This document shows positions 1-9,300 of a DNA stretch of 32,000 nt, piece by piece (positions within the stretch are counted from its first letter, which is position 1; every line of letters begins with the position of its first letter). Position numbers and translations under genes: made by a program. Origin of the DNA: Trichodesmium erythraeum IMS101 (lineage in GTDB: Bacteria; Cyanobacteriota; Cyanobacteriia; Cyanobacteriales; Microcoleaceae); contig NC_008312.1 of the NCBI RefSeq assembly GCF_000014265.1, positions 3,990,001 through 4,022,000 on the forward strand, written 5' to 3'. The notes beneath the pieces were generated by a model. It was not told the origin of the DNA, searched no databases, and was given only the letters and a program-made list of their open reading frames with translations.

Positions 1-2
1 TG

Positions 3-599
3 GCTCAATCTAATGATGAAAAAATAGCCTATGTTTATAGTTGCGTAAAAAATCTACTCTTAAAAGCAACAGATAACTACAACTTAAGTCTTGTTTTAAA
101 TAATTTGACTGATGAGATTCAAACATCTGTATGGAAAACACTTACTATAGAGGAAAAAAATCACATTGAGTGCGTTCGCGCTTGTCCTAAACTACTTCCT
201 GGAACTTCACTCAGAGAGGTGGGGGTATTAGGAAGTAAAGTTTTATATGTTGGTCATAATGAAAATAAGAAGAAAGAAGCTTATTACATTGGCTATTATC
301 TGAATGGAGAGCATGTAGCAAAAGATAAGAGAGTTGTATTAATAGATGGAGATTTTAAGCCTACTGTTTGTGATCAGAAATATATTAAACCGTTGATGAA
401 GCCTCAACCTGATGAGTTTGATAAAGTACATCAGGAAATGTTGATAGAATTAAAGTCATGGATGGAACCGTCGATATATGGTTTCAAGCCTTTAGTTGAA
501 TCTGATGATATTGTTAATGATAAGCATAACCAGAGGTCTCCTATATTATTAAAGTCCTTGGAAATTAGGATGAAAAAATGGCTAAAATTTCTTGGGTAG
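3..599 (+). CDS. hypothetical protein, 5' end outside the window
   Basis: The track ORF 105..599 begins at a TTG, but the same frame has no stop back to position 3, so the gene most likely starts upstream of the window. I recognise no family motif in the translation. Confidence 0.5.
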   Translation, partial: AQSNDEKIAYVYSCVKNLLLKATDNYNLSLVLNNLTDEIQTSVWKTLTIEEKNHIECVRACPKLLPGTSLREVGVLGSKVLYVGHNENKKKEAYYIGYYLNGEHVAKDKRVVLIDGDFKPTVCDQKYIKPLMKPQPDEFDKVHQEMLIELKSWMEPSIYGFKPLVESDDIVNDKHNQRSPILLKSLEIRMKKWLKFLG

Positions 600-852
600 T
601 CTTGTAGACGTATTGATATTTATAAGTCAGCTCCTTTCACTGTCAGGACTATAACTACAAAAATCACCACTACCTGCATTTTAAAACTTTTGAGCAGGTC
701 ATTTATCAGTTTTATTATACTATTATATCAGAGCATAATATAGTTGAATTTTTTTCAGAGACCAAAAATCAAAAAATCAGTGAAGCAATTGTTTGGTTAA
801 AAAAATTACTTCACTGCTAAATACCACCTTAAATAAAGAGTGTCTCTTGATT

Positions 853-2991
853 TTAACTAACTTGATGAATGAGTGACCAAGCTCGTAAAACTTCTGCAAC
901 ACTCCACGCTTGAGCAATACAACCACGAGGTGTTGTTGGTTCATTACCGTCAAAAATTTCGCTAATACTACCAATACCATGCACCATCAAATGTTTTTCC
1001 ATTGGTTTCAATAACTCTTTAGCTTTTACTGGATCTTTATAAATTCGTAAATGGGCTATAACATAACTACCGATCAACCAACCCCAAACAGTCCCTTGGT
1101 GATAGGCCCTATCACGTTTCTCCATATCTCCTCCATAAATACCCTTATACTCTGGATCATCACTACTAAGACTGCGTAACCCATAGGGAGTTAATAACTT
1201 CTGAGTGCATATCTCCATCACTTGTTTTTCTTGTTCTACTGTCAGAAGGGGAGTATAACTATATTTTTGACTTATTGGTGGTAGTGATAAAGCAAATATT
1301 TGATTAGGTCGCAAAGAAGCATCATTACCACTAGGTGTATCTATGACGTCGTAACAATAACCACTTTTATTATTCCAGAAACGGGGAAAACCTTTATCTT
1401 TGATCAACCTTATTAATTGTTTGTACTTAAGCTCTCTCTTCTTTAACTTTTCGGCAAACCTATACATGATTTGCAAAGCATTATACCACAAAGCACTGAT
1501 TTCAATTGGTTTCCCAATACGCGCTGTTACTGGCGAGTTATCAACTTTGGCATCCATCCAAGTAATTTGACTACCTGGTTCACCAGCAAAGATTAAACCA
1601 TCATCAGTATCTAACTTAACGTTGTAACGAGTACCTTTAGAATAGTAGTCAATAATTTCTTCTAGTACTGGAAATAATTGTGCTAATAATTTGTCATCTT
1701 CGGTGGCTTCATAATACGCACGAATGGCTTCAAAATACCATAGTGTTGTATCTACAGTATTATAAGTTGGTGTTCCACCACTTTCTGGGAAGTTGTTAGG
1801 TAACATTCCCTCTTTGACATATTTGGCAAAGGTTTGAAGAATGGAACGTGCTACATCAAATTGCTTTGTACAGATGGTTAAACCTGGTAAGCTAATCATT
1901 GTATCTCGCCCCCAGTCTTGAAACCAATGATAACCTGCAATGATGGTTTTCCCTTCTGTATGTTCAGGAGATTTGCGATCAACTATAAATTGGTTCGCTG
2001 CTAATACTAACTGCTTGATCCATTCTGGTGTTCCTTTGTCATTAGCAGAGGATATCGATGCAGAGGATATCGATTTTTTCTGGGTTGATATTTTTGATGG
2101 ACTTGATAGTGGATCAATTGTTTTTTTTTGTTGTACTTGGGATATTTGAGGGTTAGCAAATTTTTGTATGATCTTTTGTTCGTAAGCCAGACGAGATGCT
2201 AAAGCTTCTTCACCATTAGTAGTAGGATTTTCTTTTGTGCTAGCAACTATAGTTAGAGATTTTCCTACTTCTAATTGAGCATTGAGGGTGATAGCGTTTA
2301 GGTGGTCTTCTATTTCCTCTAGCCCCCGATATTTTTCTATTGCTAGGTTAAACCCGTAATACCAATTGTTAGCATGTGTACATACTAAGGTTTTTTCGTC
2401 TATTTGAGGATGTGTCAGTAGATATAGGGGTGTAGCTTCAGGAAAAGGTTGTACACATACCCCTTTGTTAGCTTTCTTGATGTTGATATACCAGTCATTT
2501 GCATTATTTGCATAGGTATGATCATGATGCTCTCTATGGTTAATTAATGCTTTTATAACTAAATTTAATGGTTCGCTACCACTGCGTAGGTTATAATGAA
2601 TGTAAGTTGTATTTTCTCCTTGCTCCATCCAGATTCGTTTTTCTAATACTATGTCCGCAAATTTAAATTTCCATACTGCTATTGTTCCTTCTAGATAAAA
2701 TTTTTCGACTTTTTTGTAACCTTCTGGATTTATTGATCCGTTTGCCCAACGGTTACAATATAGTGGGAAGTTTTGATTTTTATATTTAGCCGTTTCGTCT
2801 AATTTTGTTAGTAGTAGTGTACGTCCTAATGGGGGCTGGAGAGCTGCTATTAGTAGTCCGTGATAACGACGAGTTAGGAGTTGGGCTATGGTACTGGAAG
2901 CGTAACCTCCTATTCCGTTTGTGACTAACCATTCTTGTGACTCAGCTATGTTGAGATTACTACAATTTTCTCGTTCAAAACTTATAACCAT
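853..2991 (-). CDS. glycogen debranching enzyme, archaeal-type GDE / amylo-alpha-1,6-glucosidase family
   Basis: 712-aa ORF. The N-terminal part (WLVTNGIGGYASSTI...RRYHGLL) is typical of the GDE N-terminal domain. The C-terminal part carries the amylo-alpha-1,6-glucosidase signature GYHWFQDWGRDTMISLPGL and a (alpha/alpha)6-barrel-like tail. A Ser/Lys-rich low-complexity linker separates the two parts. Confidence 0.9.
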   Translation of the reverse strand: MVISFERENCSNLNIAESQEWLVTNGIGGYASSTIAQLLTRRYHGLLIAALQPPLGRTLLLTKLDETAKYKNQNFPLYCNRWANGSINPEGYKKVEKFYLEGTIAVWKFKFADIVLEKRIWMEQGENTTYIHYNLRSGSEPLNLVIKALINHREHHDHTYANNANDWYINIKKANKGVCVQPFPEATPLYLLTHPQIDEKTLVCTHANNWYYGFNLAIEKYRGLEEIEDHLNAITLNAQLEVGKSLTIVASTKENPTTNGEEALASRLAYEQKIIQKFANPQISQVQQKKTIDPLSSPSKISTQKKSISSASISSANDKGTPEWIKQLVLAANQFIVDRKSPEHTEGKTIIAGYHWFQDWGRDTMISLPGLTICTKQFDVARSILQTFAKYVKEGMLPNNFPESGGTPTYNTVDTTLWYFEAIRAYYEATEDDKLLAQLFPVLEEIIDYYSKGTRYNVKLDTDDGLIFAGEPGSQITWMDAKVDNSPVTARIGKPIEISALWYNALQIMYRFAEKLKKRELKYKQLIRLIKDKGFPRFWNNKSGYCYDVIDTPSGNDASLRPNQIFALSLPPISQKYSYTPLLTVEQEKQVMEICTQKLLTPYGLRSLSSDDPEYKGIYGGDMEKRDRAYHQGTVWGWLIGSYVIAHLRIYKDPVKAKELLKPMEKHLMVHGIGSISEIFDGNEPTTPRGCIAQAWSVAEVLRAWSLIHQVS
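2045..2074. repeat. perfect 15-bp tandem duplication inside the debranching-enzyme CDS
   Basis: GCAGAGGATATCGAT occurs twice back to back (2045-2059 and 2060-2074). It is in frame and gives SISSA-SISSA in the low-complexity interdomain linker. Confidence 0.9.
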
Positions 2992-3145
2992 AAAAATATT
3001 ACTTACTTACAATACATTTACATATAGTTGTTCCAGAGTTTTTTTTGACATCTTCCCCGGCTGTTAGACGCACTTAAACAACTGAGCTATACCTCCGATC
3101 CGGGTTGATATTGCGCAGGCTGCTGCACCCAGCACCTACCCCGAG

Positions 3146-3182
3146 CAGAGGTGAGTTACACTTGCCTCCACCTCTGTTTTTT
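3146..3182 (+). terminator. orphan Rho-independent terminator at the end of a GC-rich island
   Basis: An 8-bp stem CAGAGGTG (3146-3153) / CACCTCTG (3169-3176) with a 15-nt loop is followed directly by T6 (3177-3182). No plus-strand ORF lies upstream, because the neighbouring gene is divergent on the minus strand. Confidence 0.45.
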
Positions 3183-3968
3183 ATCTCCGAATACCGCTTT
3201 GTGATTAATCAATAAACTCAATTATAACATAATGTTTTTGAAAAAACAACTAATTGTATATAAAAAAAACAATTGGGTGATTTTTTTTACTCTATTTTTC
3301 TCTAATATATCTAGGTTTTTTTCTTTCTGATTATTTCTATCTCTTAGCTGCGAGTATTTTTTTTTGCACTTTTATTGTTACACTCTAAGGCTCTTATATT
3401 AAGTTAAATTATACTGATCATAATATTATCTATTACAATTTTTTTGGGAATGCAGTTCTTTTTTTTTTGAGCTTCACAATATCAAGATTCTACTTCTTTG
3501 ATGTTGTTTTTGCTCAGGGATATGAAATTACTTTTTCTTTTTATCAATGAGACTTTTGAATGAGACTTTTGTTAGTTGAATAAAAAGTCATGTGTATAGA
3601 CAGACTTCCCTCATTAACATCTTTATGTTATCAGATTTTTTTGTGATTGCCAAGTGTTTCTTCTTTTTTTGGTGCTTCATACAATGAGAAATAGATTGGG
3701 GTTTTCTTAGTGAATAGCTCCATCAGTTCAATGAGACTTTTGTTTATTGAATAAAAAGTCATATAAAGAAGCAAAGCTATTTTTATAGTAATTAAATCAT
3801 CAGAAGTTAAATTTTTAAAATCCAAGTTTTTTTGAGCTTCAGGATAGAGCTTAAGAAAATAAAAAAACTCCTGGTCAATGACTAGATGTAGATGTGAATT
3901 TTGAGGTTTGCGATCGCTGAATATTGATAGTTTAGTTTCTCAGAGTAGGTTGATGTGCTTTAGGTAAG

Positions 3969-4072
3969 AAAAAAAAAGAGATTGAAGTTCCCTTGGTCGA
4001 TGGTTCCATAAGTTCAATGGGATTTTAGGTGAATTGAATAAAAAGTCATATATAGGGGTAAGTTAATCCTTA
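3969..4072 (-). ncRNA. candidate ~100-nt small RNA / micropeptide transcript (array unit B)
   Basis: Minus strand: TTAAAA (4106-4101), 17 nt, TATAAT (4083-4078). Then follows a conserved block with the 11-codon ORF MTFYSIHLKSH. Then comes the hairpin ATTGAA...TTCAAT and T9 (plus-strand A-run 3969-3977). This is a prediction from sequence only. Confidence 0.3.
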
Positions 4073-4228
4073 TAATAATTATATCATCAGAAGTTGAATT
4101 TTTTAAAATCCTACCCTTTAAAATTTTCTTTTGGGTGCTTAAGAAGATGAAAAAAAGCTAGTCAATGACTAAGGCGGAATGTTGATGGCTTAGTTTTCTC
4201 AGAGCAGGTTGGTATGCTTCAGAGAATG

Positions 4229-4331
4229 AAAAAAAAAAGATTGAAGTTCCTTTGGTCGATGCTTCTATCAGTTCAACGGGACTTTATGTTAGTTGAATAA
4301 AAAGTCATATATATAGTCAAGTAGACCCCTA
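4229..4331 (-). ncRNA. candidate ~100-nt small RNA / micropeptide transcript (array unit C)
   Basis: Minus strand: TTGAAA (4365-4360), exactly 17 nt, TATAAT (4342-4337). Then follows a conserved block with the 11-codon ORF MTFYSTNIKSR. Then comes the hairpin GATAGAAG/CTTCAATC (one mismatch) directly followed by T10 (plus-strand A-run 4229-4238). This is a prediction from sequence only. Confidence 0.35.
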
Positions 4332-4706
4332 TAATAATTATATCATCAGAAGTTGAATTTTTCAAATCCTACCGATTGAAGTTTTTGTTTTGGTGCTTAA
4401 GAAAATGAAAAGCCTATTCCATGACTAGATGTGAATTTTGAGGTGTGCGATCGCTGAATATTGATGGTTTTGTATTTTATCATCAGCCTTTTGAGCTTAT
4501 TGAGTTATCAGTTATATTATGTGTGCTTAAATAGTTACAAATAACGAGTATAGCCAGGAGTTAAAAGTTAGGAGTCGAGAGTTAGGTAGGTGGAGGTATG
4601 GGAGGAAAGAGGAGAAAAAGTAAAGTATAAAAATTTTTTTTGAAAACTAATTAAGTAGATATAATATTAATTATTTATTTGAAAAAAATTTGAAAAAAAT
4701 AAGAGA

Positions 4707-5174
4707 ATGAAACGAATTATTTTTACCTGTCTAATAGGAATAATAACCCTAACTACAACTCCCCTAATATTGTTACTATTACCACAAGGTAGTTATGCTC
4801 AAACTTGAAATTCTCAGGCAGAAAAATTAGATAAACTACTAAAAACAGCACTGTAACAAATAGGGCAATACCAATATCAGAAGTCTATAGAAAGGTTTCA
4901 ACAAGTTTTAGTTATTCCCATGAAAATTCTAGAGGGAGAAAAGGAGGCGATGGCTGACTTTGGTATTGGTTATGTTTCCGACAAAATAGGTCAACCCCAA
5001 AAGACATTAAAATATTATGAAAAAGGTTTACCCATTTTGCCAGAAGTGGGCGATCGCTCAGAAAAAGCTACTACTTTGAATAATATTGTCGTAATTTACG
5101 GAGATAGTAACCAAGCAGAAAAAAACTATAAACAACTAGAAAAAGTCATTTGGGAGGCTAATTTCTTCTTCTAG
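4707..5174 (+). pseudogene. TPR-repeat protein with signal peptide, inactivated by two in-frame stops
   Basis: The ATG at 4707 opens MKRIIFTCLIGIITLTTTPLILLLLPQGSYAQT, a signal-peptide-like sequence. The same frame continues into track ORF 4920..5174, which is TPR-like (KTLKYYEKGLPI...ATTLNNI). It is interrupted by TGA at 4806-4808 and TAA at 4854-4856. Confidence 0.75.
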
Positions 5175-5197
5175 CTGATAGCTGATAACTGACAGCT
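5173..5197. repeat. STRR-like heptamer tandem repeat (AGCTGAT AGCTGAT AACTGAC AGCT)
   Basis: About 3.5 tandem heptamers start at the stop codon of the TPR pseudogene. Short tandem heptamer repeats of this kind are characteristic of filamentous cyanobacteria. Confidence 0.5.
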
Positions 5198-6351
5198 AAA
5201 TGTTGACAAATCATGAATTAATATATTTTATCTGTGAGGGATAATCTTGTCAATAATGGAACAACCCACTTGGGAAAAGGAGAATTATGAATGTCTTGTT
5301 TATCAAAGAGAATTAGTAATAACCAGAAAAAATTAAAGAATGATAAAACCAAAGATATGATTGATAAAATGTTGCTAGAAAAAATTAGCTATTGTAGAAA
5401 GGTTTGTAGACGTCAATAATAGATATACCAAGATTTGTAGATTAGTATAGATAGGTTGTCGGCTAGAATTTATAAATTTTCCCGGATAATAAGTATAACA
5501 GAAAGGAGGCTTACTATAGTGGGTATGTCTATATTTAATGATTTTAGTAGACTAGCACTGAGGAAAGTTCATCTCCAGAAACTTAACTTTATTATCCTAT
5601 TTGAATTTCTTAATATTACGGGAGCAGAACTACTAAAATTTGTCAAATATCCCAGAAGTACCTTTTTTAATTAGTTTTTATCGTTTGAAATTTCCTATTG
5701 CTATTTTACAGATAATTAAACCTATCTGCTTATTTGTAAATTTGTAACATTATTTTTTTACTTTTGGTGTTATGTCTACTTTGAAGTATTATAAGAAACT
5801 AGATCTATAAGAGATATATCTTATAAAATTTGTGAATAGTAATGCTATATTTGGTTGTCATCTCCCCCGGACCCCCGAGCCTCTATTCCCTAATATCACA
5901 AAAATATATAGTAAACTTTTTGATATTTGGTATGAGTATGGTAAGGCATCTATACTTTCCCCGGAATAATATACTTTATTGATACCCATACTATGGGATT
6001 AATATTACCAGGGATATTTGTAAGATTAGGAGATGAAGTCTGCCCTTAATTATCAAACAGAAAAAAAGTTGTTAAATTCAAAAGGTTGTACAAAAAATAG
6101 GTCAGCAAATTTATGCTCAAAACTAATTGGTCATAGTTAATATTTTCATGAATAAAAAAGTTGATAAACCTGGTTTTCTTAACTAATTTGATAGTTGATA
6201 CTTGATTGGCAATGACAAATTTTAAATAGGCATAAATATTATATCAATTATAAAAATTTGGGAATTATAAGGATGATCAATAATTTATAATAATACCAAT
6301 TTTTAAGTCAAAAATATCACCATATCATAATTTTAATTAAGAGGTATAGAA

Positions 6352-9300
6352 ATGGGATCAGCAGGATCAATAACAAATACTCAAATAGTTACAAGGAGAA
6401 TAAATGGTGTTCTCATACGAGGTGTCATTGATGATAATGGTGAGTTTATATCATTACAACCAATACCAACACCGGAACCAACACCGGAACCAACACTAGC
6501 GCCAACACCAGCACCAACACCAGCACCAACACTAGCGCCAACACCAGCACCAACACCAGCACCAACACCAGCACCAACACTAGCGCCAATACCAGCACCA
6601 ATACCAGCACCAACAATAGCACCAACACCACCTGTTGTTACACCAGCACCAACACCAGCACCAACACCAGCACCAATACCAACAACACCAGATGGTAGAG
6701 AGATAATTCAAATAGGTGATATGTTCGGTGTGTTTGATGAAAATAACAATTTTGTCATACTAAATATAGTAGAAGCAACAGAAACAGAGGCACCAACACC
6801 GGAACCAACAACGGAACCAACACCAGCACCAATACCAACAACACCAGATGGTAGAGAGATAATTCAAATAGGTGATATGTTCGGTGTATTTGATGAGAAT
6901 AACGACTTGGTCATAGTAAATTTAGTAGAGGAAACAGACGGAGCACCAGCACCAACACCACCTGTTGTTACACCAGCACCAGCACCAACACCACCTGTTG
7001 TTACACCAGCACCAGCACCAGCACCAACACCACCTGTTGTTATACCAGCACCAGCACCAACACCACCTGTTGTTACACCAGCACCAACACCCACAGCACC
7101 GGGAGGAGGTATTTTGCTTCCAGGGGGAGAAGTAGGGGGCACTGAGGAAGAGGAACTAGTATTTGGCAGTGCTTTCACCGATACATTTTTCGGACTTGGT
7201 GGCAATGATACTGTATTTGGGCAAGGAGAAAGTGACTCTATACTTGGCCAAGGAGGTAACGACCAAATTAATGGTAACCGGGGAAATGATACGGTTAGTG
7301 GTGGTGTAGGAAATGATAGTATACGGGGTGGAAGAGATGCTGACTCGCTTCTCGGTGATGCTGGAAATGATATAGTTTTAGGTGATCGTGATTTAGATAC
7401 AATACGAGGGGGAGAAGGTAGAGATACTATTTATGGTGGTAAGGAAAACGATGATGTAGCAGGAGGAGAAGACAACGATTTTGTTTCAGGAGATGTTGGT
7501 GATGATATTGTAGTCGGTGATGGGGGGAATGATACTCTTCTAGGTCAGAGTGGCTTTGATACAATTTCTGGGGGTTTAGGTTTTGATATCATTAGTGGTG
7601 GTCAAGATGCTGATAGTATTTCAGGAAATGAAGATAATGACTCTCTGTCAGGAAACCAAGGTAATGATACTATTGATGGTGGTACAGGGGATGACTCTTT
7701 ATCTGGAGGTAAAGATAATGATTTGTTATTAGGAGGTGAAGGTAGGGATACTATCAATGGGGAGCGACAAAATGATACTGTTGATGGTATGGAAGAAAAT
7801 GATTTCCTCTCAGGGGGTAAGGGAAATGATTCTGTTGATGGAGGTCAGGGTGACGATCTATTGATAGGTGGTAGAGGTGATGATACTTTGACTGGAGGTG
7901 AGGGTCAAGATAGTTTTGTAATTATAGATTTTGAGGAATCTGATAATTTATATACTGTTACTGACTTTAATACGGCAGAAGACCTTATTAGTTTGGAAGG
8001 TGGTCTAAGGTTTGAAGACTTAGCAATATCTGATGATGGTGGTGACACTGTTATTCGAAATGCCAACGATGATATTTTAGCTATTTTAACTGGAGTTGAT
8101 AGTACAACTCTTAATTCAAGGAACTTTTTTCCTACTCCAAGAGATATAGAACCAGAGCCGGAACCAGACCCAGCACCGGAACCAGAGCCGGAACCAGACC
8201 CAGCACCGGAACCAGAGCCGGAACCAGACCCGGAACCAACACCAGAACCAGACCCGGAACCAACACCAGACCCAACACCAGACCCGGAACCAACACCAGA
8301 CCCAGAACCAGATCCGGAACCAACACCAGACCCAACACCAGACCCGGAACCAACACCAGACCCAACACCAGACCCGGAACCAACACCAGACCCAACACCA
8401 GACCCAGAACCAGAACCAATACCTCCAGATCCAGGTGATATAACGCCACCCGATCTGAATGAACCTCCCACTGACATTCTGTTAGATCGGAACAGTGTGC
8501 CAGAAAATAGTGAAGCAGGTACAGTTATTGGTACATTTACTACAGAAGATTTAGATGTGGATGATTCTCATGAATATAGATTAATTGATAATGCTGACGG
8601 ACGGTTTGCTCTTGATCAGAAGAATAATCAGCTGGTTGTAGGGGAGGGAGCAAATCTTGACTTTGAAAAACAAGAAAGCTTTGATATTCGAGTTAGAACT
8701 TTTGACAGTGCGGCAGAAATTTTCACGAAGTCATTTACTATTAGTTTGACCAATGTCAACGACCCACCAGAAATTATAGTTGCGGAGGAACAACAACCTG
8801 TTAACGAAGGTGAACAGCTAGAAATTGTTGGTATTGAGGTTACTGACCCTGATGTGGGAGAGGAAGAAGTCGAAGTGACTCTAGAAACTACTAATTCCAC
8901 AACTAGTCAGAGTAACTTAACCCTTGACTCTAATTCTAGTATCACTTTTACAACTGGTGATGGGGAAGCAGATAGTCGGATGGTATTTAAAGGAACTTTA
9001 GAAAATATCAATGAATCTATTAAGACCCTCACTTATACTGGAAAAAAATCTGGTAGTGATTTTATTAGTATCACTGTCAATGACGAAGGAAATACAGGGG
9101 AAGGGGATGCTCAAACTGATACTGCATTAATTGATATTAGTATCAATGATTTTCCTGTGGTGGAAACAAATAGGGAGTTGGTAGTAAAGAGAGGGGAAAC
9201 GACAATAATAGAGAATACTTTCCTAGAAACAACTGATAATAGTAAAACTTCCTTAATATATAAGGTGACAGAGTTGCCAAGTCGTGGTAAACTGCTATTT

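Larger units (their letters stand above)
3540..4480 (-). repeat. tandem array of four diverged ~170-290-bp units (0, A, B, C) plus a partial fifth
   Basis: The anchor word TTGAATAAAAAGTCAT occurs at 3576, 3747, 4034 and 4293. Flanking blocks recur in the same order in each unit: CATCAGAAGTTGAATTTTT, TGGTGCTTAAGAAAATGAAAA, GACTAGATGTGAATTTTGAGGTGTGCGATCGCTGAATATTGATGG and AGATTGAAGTTCCYTTGGTCGATG. Confidence 0.85.

Noticed and set aside
777-2149. ORFs 777..980 (minus strand) and 1940..2149 (plus strand) overlapping the debranching-enzyme gene.
   Set aside because: They are short, overlap a strongly supported CDS, and have no recognisable motifs.
3078-3100. tRNA gene on the minus strand (GGAGGTATAGCTCAGTTG...).
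   Set aside because: Only an acceptor/D-arm-like 5' half is present. The D-stem closing sequence is degenerate (GTGC), and there is no anticodon arm, no GTTCRANYC T-arm and no complementary 3' acceptor. At most it is a fragment or a chance resemblance.
3631-3825. 64-aa ORF as a real protein gene.
   Set aside because: It starts at TTG and lies within repeat unit A. The equivalent reading frames in units 0, B and C stop after 11-15 codons, so it is best explained as read-through caused by a 1-nt indel.
3540-4480. Possible CRISPR array.
   Set aside because: The repeat units are about 170-290 bp, diverged and contiguous. There are no 25-40-bp identical repeats separated by unique spacers, and no cas genes are present.
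5456-5674. 72-aa ORF (TTG start). Also a 42-codon ATG ORF at 5291..5419.
   Set aside because: There is no RBS, no motif and an AT-rich low-complexity translation, so there is no supporting evidence from sequence alone.
6446-8477. Antisense and out-of-frame track ORFs inside the giant RTX gene (6446..6631, 6864..7205, 7905..8477, 8132..8449 and the further minus-strand ORFs up to 12581).
   Set aside because: Their translations are monotonous ([20 protein letters not shown]). They coincide exactly with the periodic linker DNA or lie antisense to a well-supported 2145-aa CDS, so they are artefacts of stop-free repeats.
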